Shown: one piece after another, positions 13,999 to 29,339 of the stretch
How positions within the stretch are numbered: the stretch's first letter is position 1
How the letters are laid out: each line of letters starts with the position of its first letter
Origin: the human T2T-CHM13v2.0 reference genome, Homo sapiens
DNA: 64,000 nt
NCBI RefSeq assembly: GCF_009914755.1
Contig: NC_060930.1
Strand: one strand, 5' to 3'
The notes under the pieces: generated by a model
Database searches by the model: none
The model's input: the letters and a program-made list of their open reading frames with translations, nothing else
Told to the model about the DNA's origin: nothing
Position numbers and translations under genes: made by a program

Positions 13999-15639
13999 TA
14001 TCTTAAAAATTCTAAACATTTTAGTTATATTAAATCTGAAGTATATAGGAGAATCAAACATTAAAAATGTTTATGTAAATATGTTAGGTGAGCAGCTATT
14101 GGAATTTCCACCTCCCTTCTTGGATAATTGGGGTTCTGCTAAATTTTTTTCTAAAAATAAAGATTTGAAAGAAGTAATAGGATCCTTGAATGTATGAGTC
14201 AAGAAATTTTTTAGCCTCAACTTCTACTAGCTAGTTTTTTTTACTTTAGACAAGTCATGTATTTCCCAGGCCTGTTTCCTCACTTATAATACTATCTAAT
14301 GTAAATAGTTTTCATATTGATTAAGGGAGAGCTGATCTAGAAATTTTATGAGTTAAGAAAAGTTTAGAGGTTTTACTAGGATTTAAGAAAAAATGTATGC
14401 ATTTGCACATAAACTTGTTTCTTTAATCTTTCAAGTTAAGCAACTTTCTTTTTCAAGTGGGACTTCTTCAGACTTTTAATATACTTATTTGTAGAGTAAG
14501 GTTTAGAACCAAGAAAATCTTTGCTCTCTGCACACCTCTGACCTCTTAGACTTAGGCCTTCTTGAAATTTGGTTTAGGAAACTTGATTCAGTATTTAAAG
14601 ATTCCTTCCAGTTATGAAATTATCTCTCTCTCTCTTTTAATCCCAGTACAGCATAATTACTTCCTTACAGTTAGTCTGAATGCTATTTAAGGTGTGATTA
14701 CCGTGACTTGACTTTGCATTATTTGCAGTTTCCCTGGTTATGCTTGTATTTCCTGATCGGTCATTCCTTTGGTTACCTATTTATATTTAGTTTCAGGAAT
14801 GTATTATATTGAGAATTTCATTACAAGTTATGCTCGTTGGTGTAAAAAGTTTAATTTTCAGTATTTAGTATAAATATCCCATGGAAATGTTATATTATGA
14901 GATTGTAAAACATTTTATCCTTCATGGAGAAGGTTTTTTTAGGTTGGTGATTCAAACAAACATGAATCAAAAAATGTTTTTTTGTATGATACATACAATT
15001 TAAGATACTTGAGGGCACACAATAACAATTAAAACCATTGTATGGTTACTGTTATAATTTCATACTAGATTCAGATTTTGACATTTAATCCTTACACTTT
15101 TTATCTGAGTAAAAATCACTGGAATTATAATTGATTAATTACTCAGTTAATCAGTTATGGGGAAGAACAAATTGAATGGCATCTTTTAGGAAGACAGTGC
15201 TGTGGCTTAAATATAGAGCAATTTTTGAACTATTTTAAATAGCCTTAACCTGATTTCTTTAAAGCAAATGATATTTTGATTGGTTTTAATTAAAAACCTG
15301 TTTTTCTAAGAATTGTCTTCTGTTTAATTATGGGTATTGTTATTTACAGTTTGAAATTATATAATTAGCAAGCAAAAGGGTAATTTGGTTTAAGTGGGTA
15401 ATAAACAGTATTGCCATGAATTTTAAGATGGGCACTATGTTAAAGCAGCTCTTGAAGGTGTCACAATTAAGTTTAAAAGATAATGTTTCTGCTCTCTCTT
15501 AAGAGGCAAAAGTAGGAAACTATTAAGTATCTACAGTAGCTTTAACTTATGTATTAAATGTGGTTGCCAGTTGATAAATACAATTTATTTTTAAGTCTGG
15601 TTGAAATGTTAGCGTGATTAAAAATAAGAAGAAAATGTC

Positions 15640-17650
15640 TTTTATGTTTACCTTCATTTTAGCCTCCTTTGTTGATTATTTCTTGGTGTAAAGTTTGCAT
15701 CTGGTATCATAATCCTGTCTAAGGAGCTTCCTTCAATATATTTTGTAGCATAGATCTTCTGGCAGTTGATTCTCTGAGCTTTTTTCTTTCTGACAAATAA
15801 ATGTTCATTTCACCTTTAGTTTTGAAAGACATTTCTGTTGAATATAGATTTCTGTCTTTATAGTTTTTTTTTCCCCTTTCAGTATTTTAAAGATGTCACT
15901 CTATTGTCTTCTGGCTCGGAAATTTCTGATAAGAAGTTTCCTTTACTTTTTATATTTGTTCCACTGTTTGTAATATGTCTTTTAACCTCTGACTACCCTC
16001 AGTATTTTCCCTTTATCTTTGGTTTTCACGCATTTCACTATGATGTGTCTAGGTATGTGTGTGCGTGGTTTATTTTTGTTTTGTTGTTTTTTGGTTCTTG
16101 GAAGTGGGAGGTATTTATCTTAGGATTCTGTGAGAGTCTTGGATTTGTGGTTTGATGACTTTTATTATTTTTGAAAAATTTTCAGCATCTTTCCCTTCAA
16201 ATATCTTTTCTTCTCCATTGTCTCTTTCTTATTCTGGACTCCAATTACATATATGTTAAACCATTTGAAATTGTGCCATATCTTTTTTTCTAAACTTCTA
16301 GCATTTTCATTTGGCTCTCAGAATTTCCATCTCTACTGAAATTCCCAATCTGTTCATGTGTGTTGTCTGCTTCTTCCACTAGAGACTTTAACATATTAAC
16401 AATAATTATTATAAAGTCTCTGTCTGGTTATTCTACAAACTGGGCCATCTCTGACTCTGGTTCTGTAGATTGCTTTATCTCTCAACAGTGAGTTGTTTTT
16501 CCTGTTTTTGAGTGCTTCTTTTAATTTTTTGATTGAAAAAGTCTCACTAAAGACTGAGGTACATCGTGTTTATGTCTGGAGATGGTCTGTTGCTTCCGTT
16601 AGACCAATAGTGAGAATTGATTTAATCTACTTAGGAGTTGAGCTGAATTTGAATTTTGTTGTTGTGGTTACCTTCAGTGCACTGCACGCTTCACATTCTG
16701 TAAGGTTGCTGTTGTTGCCTTGTGCTTAGGGTGGGAGCTCTGTACTGCAGGGTTATTCTCAGTGGCAATGCTCCATTGTAGCTTTTAGCCATTTCTTCAC
16801 AACTATGCCTCAAAAGGGGTCTCTCTCCACACACTAGCCTCCCCCCAGTGGTGGAATGCTGATGCTTGTTACTTGCTGCTAGGCTCCTGAGGGGAGCTGT
16901 CCTGTTTCTGTGTTAGGCATGCTCTGTGTATGGGGATCTCAGGAGGTGGGGCTTTGTCAGCATTCCTGCCTTTCTGAACCATGGTGGCCAAACTCTTCTT
17001 ACATTTGTGATTGTTCTTAGGAGTTTCTCGTCCTTCCATCGGCAGTAACAGACCTCTGCTTGGAATTGGGTCCTGGGTCCTGGATGGTTTTCTGCTTCTC
17101 TCCCAGGAATAGAGGTTTTATTCTTCTACCCTTCCCTAAACTGGAGTTCTACTAGAGCTTTGCCTGTCCCTTTAGGGTGACAGGATTTGCTGCCCTCCCC
17201 TAATGGCTAAGGGTTTTGCCTTGAATAAGAGAAGGGTCGCAAGAAACAAGATTTCTGTGTTTCCCTAGCAGTCACCTCCCGCAGGCCTATACCACCAGTG
17301 GTGGCTCTCTCCAGTCTCCAGCCTATGATCCAGTCTTTCCAGGGAGCACTCAGTAGAGACCTGTGGAAAAGCACTTGCAAGCGAGTGTGCATTTGTGTCT
17401 GTCACTTGTGTCATTTACTCAAGGTTGATATGTTAACCCATGCTTGGTCTTTAACAATCTGTAAAAATTGTAGCTGATTTCTTCTTACCCACTTGTATGT
17501 TGCCCACTGCCTGCTCTTGTGCTTTACCAGGTAACACATGTCCCCCACTCCTTGCTTTGCATCCTCACCTCACTAATGAGCTAAGGAAAAGTTACGATTG
17601 TATAATTTTATCTTTTTCTCATTGGATGGGAGTGACATTTTTTGCAAATT
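15640..17650 (-). mobile_element. Old L1M fragment (ORF1/5' region)
   Basis: T-rich antisense L1M motifs (tttcactatgatgtgtctagg, ctggactccaattacatatatgtt, gtctctgtctggttattc). Confidence 0.65.
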
Positions 17651-17764
17651 TTTATATTAAAATTTAAATAGAATAACTGAACTGTTTTAGTAAGCATAGA
17701 TTTTAAATTCTACAAAATCATGCATTTAGGAAAAAATTGGGGACACTACAAACCTGAAATGAAT

Positions 17765-17905
17765 GCATGCTGGGCTTAATACCTAGGTGATGGGTTGTTG
17801 GGTGTAGCAAACCACCATGGCACACATTTACCTATGTAGCAAACATGCATATCCTGCACATGCACCCCAGAAATTAAAAAAAAGGAAATAAAATAATTTA
17901 AAAAA
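17765..17905 (+). mobile_element. L1PA (older) 3' terminal fragment
   Basis: ggcttaatacctaggtgatgggtt...caaaccaccatggcacacatttacctatg and A tail. Confidence 0.85.
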
Positions 17906-18231
17906 AGAAATTTAGATATTTTTAGAACATGGTCAGTAATGTAATTGTGCAGGTAATCTTCACATTTTTGTACTTGGTATTTTCCTACTTTTAGTTTCTT
18001 TACTGCTTGCTTCTCACCAGTGTTTGAACAGTATGGTAGATGGACTAAACGTACTTTTTTATACTCCCAAACCTAATGGAATTATCATTTATCCAGTTGT
18101 TCACACCAGAAATCTGGGAGGCCAGACATCACACCTCGCTCATCTCTATCATCCAGGCCATCCGCAAGTTCTCCTAAATATTTCTCAAATTATTTTCAAT
18201 CACAAAGCCAGTACAAAAATCCAGGCCTTAA

Positions 18232-18519
<288 letters not shown>

Positions 18520-18789
18520 TAATCTTTTTAAAAGGAGATATGATTCTATAACTTCTTTATTTAAAGTTTTTATTGGGTCCCCATAATCTTCAATTTTCAC
18601 AAAAATTCTTCATTCTATATGGTCTATGAGCCTCTCCCCTTTCTTCACCAAAAATTACTCTGACTCTAACATACCACTGTAATTTACAGCCTCATCTTAC
18701 CATATTTTTTGGTTTTAGTCAAACCCAGAATTCTTGCAATTTCATATTCTCTATTATATACAATTTCATGATTTGAACATTGTGTTTTA

Positions 18790-18970
18790 GAGCAGTGGTT
18801 TCTCATTCTTGGCTGTATGGGAACATAAGAAACGTTTAAATTTGGGCAACTTTAAAAAATTCCAGTGCCCAAGCTACATCGTAAACCAATTAAATCAGAA
18901 TGTCTGGGGGTGGTATCAAGGCATCATCATTTATTTTAGGCTCTCCCAGGTGACTCCAGCATACAGCCAA
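18790..18970. mobile_element. MER5A-type MITE
   Basis: cagtggtttctca...caattaaatcagaatgtctggggg...ctcccaggtgactcc. Confidence 0.7.
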
Positions 18971-19284
18971 GTCCCACCTCCCACTCCCCACTCTTATCGC
19001 ACCTCCAACATGATTATCTAATTTGTTTAAATCTTGTTAATTTTTTAAAAATTCACGTGTGGCGATGACTCTTCTTGGGACCTTTCTTGACAACCCACAC
19101 CCTTGCCACAGGGCTGTGTACCCCATAGCATCACGTACATACTGTACTCTGCAGAAACTGAGGAATTAGAACATATGTAATTGAAATGTCATTAATTGAA
19201 CACTCAAAGTGCCAACTCTTGATAATATGTGAAACTACCTTGACTATAATTTTCAATGGGGGATGGGACAGCCAAGCCCAGCCC

Positions 19285-19963
19285 AGAAGTCAGCAGACAT
19301 TTTCTGTAAATACAGTATTCTACTTTTAGCAATAGTATTTTATTTTACTTAAATAGAAAATGTAGTAAATATTAATATTTTTGGCTTCATGGGCCATATA
19401 ATCTCTGTCTCAATTACTCAGCTCTGCCATTGTAGCTTGAAAGTAGTCATAGACTACTATGAATGAGTTTGTTCCAATAAAACTTTATGAACACTGAAAT
19501 TTGAGTTTCCTATGATTTTTACATGTCACAAATTATTGTTCTTTATATATTTTTTTCTTTTATTTTCTTTTTTTTTTTTTTGAGACGGGGTTTCACTCTG
19601 TCACCCAGGCTGGGGTGTGGTAGCATGATCATGGGTGACTGCTGCAGCCTTGACCTCCTGGGCTCAAGTGATTCTCCCGTCTCAGCCTCCTGGGTAGTGA
19701 GGGACCACAGGAATGCACAACCATGCCTGGCTAATTTTTTAATTTTTTGTAGAGACAGGGCCTCATGCTGGTCTTGAACTCCTGGGCTCAAACAGTCCCC
19801 CTGAGTCAGTCTCCCAAACTGCTGGGATTACAGGCATGAGCTACTGTGCCCAGCTTCTTGATTTTAAAAAATCATTTCAAAATCTAAAAACCATTCACGA
19901 AGACTATACAGAGACAGGTGGTAAACTAGATGTGACTCATGGGCTATATTTTGCCGACCCTTG
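19285..19963. mobile_element. MER58B hAT MITE interrupted by an antisense AluJ (~19545-19855)
   Basis: ctctgccattgtagcttgaaagtagtcatagac...gacactgaaatttga-like core and the end tttgccgacccttg; Alu dimer in the middle. Confidence 0.8.
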
Positions 19964-20519
19964 ATCTGTATAGCACTTTTCCAAATTATAAATGTATCAT
20001 CTCTCTGAGAGTCTAGTAAGTCCCCTATGTGGGACATGTCCCCAAATTCAGAAGTCATTGCTGTTAGAAAATGGGTGCAAGTTCTACACTTCAGATTTGT
20101 TGGTATAATAAAAAGCTTGAAATAACCCAATTTGGACACAGATTATTTAAATATGTAATATGGACCATTTCTATAAAGAAGGTGATGGTATAAAGAAAGA
20201 AAAAATATATATATAAAATATATAAATGGTATTTTCAGCTTGATTTCTAGAATGTTTAGTGCATAGTAAGTTTTCAGTATTGACTTGCTAATGACTTTTA
20301 ATAGAGAGGTTGGGTTCTCTGTATTTTTGAGGATTAAAAAAATAGTCTAATGAGATAGGTTTTGTTGTTTTAATGACTTTCGGAGTTTTAAATAAATACC
20401 TCTTATGTAACTTTATCCTAGAGTAGTGATTTCTGTCTCTACTGCATACCCAGTATGCAGTAATTCTCATGAGCAGCTCAAGTTGAGAACCATTGATCTA
20501 GCAGAGCATCTTCTCCTTT

Positions 20520-20802
<283 letters not shown>

Positions 20803-20833
20803 ATCTTCTCCTTTGATAAAGAATAGAATGAGA

Positions 20834-20969
20834 GCCAGGCATAGTTGTACATGCCTGTAGTAGCAGCTACTCAGGAGACTGAGGCAGGAGAATCGTTTGA
20901 GCCCAGGAGTTTGAGTCCAGCCTGGGCAGCATAGCAAGACTGCTATCTCTTAAAAAAAAAAAAAAAAAA
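20834..20969 (+). mobile_element. FLAM monomer
   Basis: Single Alu arm with A tail. Confidence 0.8.
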
Positions 20970-22949
20970 TGAAAAACTAATTTCTAAAAATATTATATTT
21001 GCAGTAAAAATGTGTGTAAAATATTTCAGACCAGTTTAAAATAGTAAAGAATGTATAAAATGATATCATTCATCTCATATCTTATCTCTAAAAGCCATTG
21101 TTAGGTCTTCTTCCATTTGGTTATATGTTTTCTATACAGATATGAAAATGTACTTTTTTAAACAAATAGGATTATACAATATGTACCATTCTTTGACTTG
21201 TTTTTACTCAGTATTTTTTAGACATCTAGAGAAATTCATTTCTCATAAATAATGTTGTTGAAGGATTAAAAACAAAAGCACAGAAGATAATTTTTTAGTG
21301 GCTTGGCAACCAGAGCTGATGAAAGTTACAGATTGGGAGCAGAGCTATTTCTAGTATTGTTTGGAGGCTGGAACAGATCATAACTCTGCTGCCTTTTACC
21401 CCACCAAAAAGTAACACACTGCAACAATCCAGGCAAAATTAAGGTGAGGATTATAGACAGTCTTGAGTGGGGAAATGTTACCAAAGGAATTTCTGAGATA
21501 CGTTCTGGAAGAAGGGATATTCCCTTCCAGAGAATTATGGTGATTATAGGCATGAGATGCTTCAAAGTTTCTGTTGTTTTTTTGTATTACATTTTTAAAA
21601 TGTTTGTTTTGTATTTTTTCAGCACTAGCAAAAGTCTCTCTGGCTTCCTCCCTTCATTGTTACCCAATTGCTAGAAGCTTGGATGAGGTGGGGTATGAGT
21701 GGAGAGAGAAAACTGTGAGCCTCTGGGTGTTCACTTTAGCATAGACAGTTTAAGAAAAGGCTGTGATATTCCACTCCTGTCTTTTTACTAGGTGTTCTTC
21801 CTAGGACCTTGGGCATCTGCTTTTGCTCTAGTCCTTAGGATCCTGCGGTTCTCTTCACCTGAACTAATCCAGTAGGTTTCATGTATTTGCCGATAGTGAT
21901 TGGGCCTTAGACTTTAAGTCTTGCTTATCCAGAGTTGATCAAAATCTTTAGGGTCCCTGTTCACTCATGAGGTTATGTTGATCTGTCAGGTAATTCAAAA
22001 TAATAGTAATAACACAAAACCTAACATAACTGTTAGGTTATGTTTTCTATCATTTTTTCCATCATAAAGAGTATGATTTTTTAAAAGAGAGAAAGAAATA
22101 TAAAAGTAAATCTGACATTAGGGTACTTTGTTCATGTTCAGTCTGATGAAGGAATAATCCTGGACTGGTCATTGGAAGACCATTTGAAATTCTATTTTAA
22201 TTTTATGATTATTTTGATACCTTTGGTTTTTATAAAACATTAAACTGAAATTTTACTTTGCCTTCTATTAGGTAGATTTATTGTTGAGATCATAGCTACA
22301 TATTCAGTAGTCAAACAACACTACTTTTTTATAATGTCAGATAATTTCCTGTTCACAGTGTTAAATATAGTCAATAAATAAATTATTTCCTCTAATTGTA
22401 TTATAAGAACTTTTTTAAATGGGCGTGAGGTACAAGGCGGTTTGTTGACTTTTGTATTGAAGAGCCTGTGGTTGTTGCAGAGCCTTTCCTTGTCTCAGGG
22501 TAAGTTGAGAAAAGAGCTCCCTTGATGAAAATATACACCCCCATATTCTACTCCCTTATATTCTCACTTTATTAGGTTCACTTAGGAAAACTGTATCTTT
22601 CAATATGCAAATATCTGCTGAGCAAGTTGGGGTTTTTAAATTTTAATGTATTTATTATAAATTGAAGCCATTTGTTTGAGAGTAATGATCTGAAATACTG
22701 TTTCCCTGAATGCTGGAAGAGAAAAGCCTCTAAAAGGCAAGTTTTGTCTATATTTCCGTAATCACTAGCATCTATCTTGTATGCCATTGAGAAGCATGCA
22801 TGGTAGTTTAACACACACTGTAAAATATATCAGATGTATCTTCTTTGAAATAATTTCAAATTGCATGAGTCCATTCTACGTGCCAGTTCTTAAGAATTTG
22901 GCAGGGTAAAGCTGATTTTAAAAAAATCTTTCTATTCTTTCGTTTTTTA

Positions 22950-23280
22950 AGATTAAACTTTTATTTTGAGATTATAAGAATCACAGTTGTAAGAACCAAT
23001 ACATAGAGAGCTTATGTACCCTTTATCCAGTTTACCCAATAGGAACATCTCAGAAATCCACAGTATAATATATCAACCAGGATATTAACATTGATGCAAT
23101 CCACCAACCTTATCCAGATTTTGCTAGTATTTCTTCTACACTTGTGCTCTTCTCTATTGTGTATTTAGTTCTATACAATTGTATCACTTACATGTATATC
23201 CACCACTATAGTCAAAGAAGAAATCCATTACCACAAAGATCACTCATGTTGCTTTTTAATAACCATACCCTCCTTCCTTT
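22950..23280 (-). mobile_element. L1MC/MD-type 3' end
   Basis: tcacagttgtaagaa...caaccaggatattaacattgatgcaatcc. Confidence 0.7.
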
Positions 23281-23426
23281 TTAAGGAGTTTTTGTTTCGT
23301 TTTAAAATTCTTAGTCATTTATGGTCTTGACCTAAGTATTTTTCAAATTTATATCATGCTTTTAAATTTTTTACTTTTTAAAAAAAATTGGTAAAAACAT
23401 AACTGATGAAGCATACTCGCTGTTGA

Positions 23427-24050
<624 letters not shown>

Positions 24051-24052
24051 GA

Positions 24053-24727
<675 letters not shown>

Positions 24728-25869
24728 AATATCTATGTTTAATGATATTTGGATACATAGGTTTTGATTCATCCATTTTAATTCTTTAATGACTATTTTA
24801 TTGACTTTTCTTTTACAATTGATAGTGACTACCTAGCCCAAATCACAGATGAGATACTTTGTATTATAGAATGTTTGCATATCAAGGATGATCCTCAAGG
24901 TGACATCTAAATATTTTAGAGTCAGCTCTTTCAGGTATAAGTGAGAGAATCCTTATCTGAATAGTTTAAGTAAAAAGAGGGATTTTATTAAATGGGAACT
25001 GGGATGTGACATTGAATCTAAGGATGGTAATGAGTCAGGCCTTAGAAATAACTCATTAAGGGACTTGATTCTCTCTTGTCTTTGATGGATCTTTTTCCTT
25101 CTTGTACTGTGGCTTTCATCATGCGACGATGAAGTAGCTTCACAAATCTTGAGCCTTTCTGCTTCAGCTACCCAAAGAGCAAGGACACTCAGTTGGTCCC
25201 AATCCAGAAGTCCCAGGGGAAGGGAACGATTGGCCCAGCTTGGATCGATTGCCTTTCTTTCCACCCTCACTACAGTATGGTCAGGGAGAAGGAGTCAGTG
25301 CAAGGACATCTGTGGGAACTATATGGAGTGACTGGGAGGCAGTCGGGTGGCCAGAAGGAAAGGGAATGAATGTGAGACAGAGAATGAAGAGTGTGCTTGT
25401 CCACTGTCTCTTAAGCTGAGATGTCAGTGAACAGTCGATTGAGGTCACAGTGGGGAGATAATATTGGAGCTTGAAAAGTTCTGGATAAGGAACACTAAGA
25501 TGACTAGAGGCAAATAATTTATCTGACTGATTTTTTAGTATACCAAGTTCAGGGCCACAAGGAGAAAATGACTGAAATTCTTAAAGATAAAAGGTAAAAA
25601 TCATTGACTGATTTCTGGAATGATTTGAATTAGAATTACAAGGTAGTTAAAAACATTCTTAACACTGCTATTTAGGGTAGAAAATAAAAAATTCTATTTC
25701 AAACAGTAATTTTATAATTCTAAGAAGTTTACAAATATATCAGGGGTTTAATATAAAATTGATGGATGATAGCTATGTAATAGGGGCATTTAGAAGAAAT
25801 TAGAGTATAGTGTTAACCTTTTGAAGCCATGGAAGGAATTATTTCCCCATCAGGCATCAGCGATGATGA

Positions 25870-25962
25870 TAAAACTTATAATGTATTCAGTGCTACTTGT
25901 GTCAGGCACTGTGTGAAGCATTTTTCTATGTATTATGTCATTTAACCTCCCAAACCATAGGT
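25870..25962 (-). mobile_element. MIR fragment just upstream of the exon 2 acceptor
   Basis: gtgtcaggcactgtgtgaagc...tcatttaacctccc. Confidence 0.55.
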
Positions 25963-26035
25963 GCTCACTGTTTGTTAAATTGAATTTTCTAAGTTGTGTT
26001 TCAACAGATGATTAATACTTTGCTTTTCCTTTCAG

Positions 26036-26206
26036 AGATGTGGTACTGGATCTTCCTCTGGGCTCTCTTCTCTTCTCTGTTTGTCCATGGTGCTGCAGGA
26101 GTGTTGATGTTTGTGATGCTGCAGAGGCATAGGCAGGGAAGAGTCATCTCTGTCATTGCAGTCAGCATTGGATTTCTGGCTTCTGTAACTGGAGCGATGA
26201 TTACCA
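26036..26206 (+). CDS. TMEM170B: TMEM170B internal coding exon (exon 2), 171 nt, phase 1-1
   Basis: Polypyrimidine tract plus ttcag acceptor (AG at 26034-26035); donor ACCA|gtaagt at 26207. Encodes (E)MWYWIFLWALFSSLFVHGAAGVLMFVMLQRHRQGRVISVIAVSIGFLASVTGAMIT(S), with two hydrophobic helices, matching the recalled TMEM170B protein. Confidence 0.97.
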
Positions 26207-26839
26207 GTAAGTTGATTTTCTTTTGTCTGAGGATGTAAGTTTGTATACACTTACCATTTTGGTAGCTGTGTTCTTATTATACATGTAACATTAGTGAGAT
26301 CTTTTATGTAGATTATTTTTCAACACTTAACACACTCCATCTAGAAGATAAAGATGAGCTGATTTATTCATTGAACAGACAAGTCGTTGTAATTCTGCTG
26401 TGTGAAGAGTCCTTTTACAAGGTTTTGAGGGAAATAGAAAAATTCATAAAAATTGGCAAGAGGCAAGGCAGGTCAATGGGAAAATTCACAGTGATTATAG
26501 TTTCTGCTTTCAAGTTGCTCATTTTCTAGGAAAAAACAAAGGCATAAAAATATGTCAGTGATAATTATCATAAGCAAAAGTATAGCCCTGAGGTCCTTAA
26601 TGTCATCTGCCTGTGACTACAAAATAAAATTGCACTTTCTTCTTATATACACATTATTATGGCCTACTAGAAATGAGCTGTGCTAGAGTGTCTTCTAGTG
26701 CTTTGCAGGTTTCCTGCTGTGCTGCCTCATGAGCTTTTTTCAGACAAGTTTTCAGGTTCATTCCCTCTGGACTTCTCTGTTTAACACTGTACTTAGGCCC
26801 AAACTCCAGCCTTGACTTCAAAGAATTAGTTTATGGTTT

Positions 26840-27522
26840 TGTTATCAGCAGAAGGTATCCAAGTTACCAGCAGCAAATCCATACAGGTCTGCAGCAGCCT
26901 CAGTTCTTACCTCCTCAGAAGAAATAATTCGACTGAGGGGTGTAAGACAGAAAAAGACACCAAGGCAAGCTTCAGAGCAGGAGTGGAATTTAAAAGCTTT
27001 AGAGCAGGAAAGAAAGGAAAGTACACTTGGAAGAGACACAAATGGGCACTTTGGAGGTCAAGTGCCCCATTTAACCTTGGTGCTATGACTTGCTGGCCCA
27101 TTTCCAGTGTCTTGCACCCCTTTTCCTTCATTCTTCCTTTAGGGTGAGCCACCCGCATGCGCGGTGTCCTCTTTACACTTGGGAGGCGAGCATGCGCAGT
27201 GTGTTTAAGAAGTTGTATTCATGCTCATCTGAGGCTTTCTTCCGTTTTCCGGTGGAATGCCCCCAAAGGTCATACTCCACCATTTTGTTTTAATGCACAT
27301 GCTTGAGCCCACTTACGCATTTCCTGAGATTTTATTGGAAGCTACTGGTTACCAATTTCAAGTGTTTTTATCCATTGGGAAATTGCCTCTCCCTGGTGCC
27401 TGTGACCAATTATCATTTTAGTGTGACAACTGCCGGACCATCACCTGATGGTCACCTGACATTCCTGGTGGGTGGGGGCAGCCCTCTCCTGCCCCACTCC
27501 TGACAACCTACCTATTGTAACA
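26840..27522 (-). mobile_element. MER50-type ERV1 solo LTR
   Basis: TG...CA termini and flanks gttt/attt. Minus strand TGTTACAATAGGTAG...CCACCCACCAGGAATGTCAGGTGACCATCAGGTGATGG matches the recalled MER50 consensus. Confidence 0.85.
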
Positions 27523-28361
27523 ATTTCTGCAGCCACTGGTTGAGCAGAGCTTAGGTGTGTACCCTGTTGAGACTGGAGCGTGCCACATCTACTTGCTTAG
27601 TGTGGTTGTGCCAGGAACCGGGTGCCTCTCTGAGCTGCTGTTGATTCTGTGACTGCCAATGCAGAGTACATGTGTCTGTTGCCCTTCACGTCTGGCCTAT
27701 TCCCATATGTCAGGGGCAGCTCACTGCTACCACTGGATCTGTTTTGGGACTCTCTGACAGTTTCTTCTTCCTTTCTAGTTGATTCTTGCCTCAGAGATAA
27801 GAAGGCAACCTTGTCTTTATGATGCAAGGGATTCCCTTCTTTACCCTTTCCAGAGTGATTGACATCCTTTGTCTTGAGAGGAAAGCCCTACTCCCATGTT
27901 CCTGGGTATGTCCTATGGCACTAATAAGACAACCATAAAATACTTGTGGGAAATGGGGAGGAGTCTGTTTTCTTATCCTTCAATTGCTATTTTTTGTTAT
28001 CTTGTGTTAAGTTTTTATAGTTGCTTTTGTTGTTTCTGCATTCAACCTATAATTTGATGATATGGATGGTACCTCATATGCTTTGTCATAGACAGGGTTT
28101 TAAACAGGTACTCAGGTTTAGCTAAAGCACATGGTCTGCTTAATAGGAGTAGTACCAGATTCAGTAGGAAAGATAGAACCGAGCCAGATTCCAGAGGGCC
28201 TTGGAAAGCTATCTGGGAAGTTTGGGCTTTATTCTGCCGGCCATGGAAAACAAATGGATATTTTTGAATGCAGTTGGCAAGGGACAAGCAGTTCAGTGGG
28301 AAATTTTGTTTTATAGTTGAATATAGAATTAATGTAAAGAAGCAAGAGAAAACCCTGAAAG

Positions 28362-28460
28362 AGCAGAGACCTGGTCTGTCTTCATCACTGCTCGATCCCC
28401 AAAAATAAAACAGTACCTAGAACATAATGGATATGCAAAACATATAGGTTTGATGGATAG
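28362..28460 (+). mobile_element. L2 3' end fragment followed by a purine-rich tract
   Basis: agcagagacctggtctgtcttcatcactgc...cagtacctagaacata. Confidence 0.55.
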
Positions 28461-29339
28461 GAGTGAGAGAGGAAGAGAGGGAGGAAAGGAAAGAAAGAAG
28501 AGGGGATAGGGAGAGAGAATAAAGAGGAAGGAAGAGGAATTAAGAGGCATTAACTGTAATCTAAACTTGAGGCCAGGTTCTGAACTAGAGTAATGGCCGT
28601 AGGTTGGGAAGGAAGGAGTTAATGTAAGAACCATACAAAGGACAAAAAATCTAAATTAGTTATTCATTGTGGTGGCATACAAACAGATATGAAAGGGGCT
28701 GCCAGTAGTTTTTGACATGGCCACTGTTGTAATTGTGCAACCATGAACAGAGGGGGAAGGAAGAAGGAGCAGCTTGTTTGGAAGTTTAAATGGTATGTGT
28801 ATATATATATATGTATTTATTTGCATATATTATTGCAAAAGTTTAAAGAGAGCATGAGAAATGGAATTCTTCCATTTATCTCTGATGATATGTGTGTATA
28901 TATAACCCATTTTCAATTCAGTCAAGAATAAAGTAAGCCAGTGATTTTAGAAACTGCAGTGTTATATTTTTAAATCCTTAAAAATGTAAGTCTGACACAA
29001 TTTCAAGTAAAAATTTGTGTCCATATTAGCAATAAAACATTTAATTTTTTTCTGGCTAATTATCTGACCTGCAAACAGGTGAATTAGGAAAACTAGCCAA
29101 TGTGAATAGTGATATTTATTTTCTTAATACAAGTTGTGAATACTAGTGCACTCATAGCTGTATCTTCAGTTCAGTTATTGATTGCTAAATACCTATATTC
29201 AGTAAGATGCTGACTGAATATAGTTACATATTCATTATATTTTGCTACTTCTTAGATTTTATTTTGAAACTAGAGTGATTTTTCATATAGTGTTTTTAGT
29301 TAATACCAGAATTGGGAGAAACTGGTTTCTATATAATGT

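Noticed and set aside
25996-26238. 80-aa ORF as a standalone gene, or alternative start at caacag|ATG (26008)
   Set aside because: It is exon 2 plus intronic read-through. The upstream AG at 26006-26007 would add 28 nt and frameshift a message spliced from exon 1, and nothing supports independent initiation.
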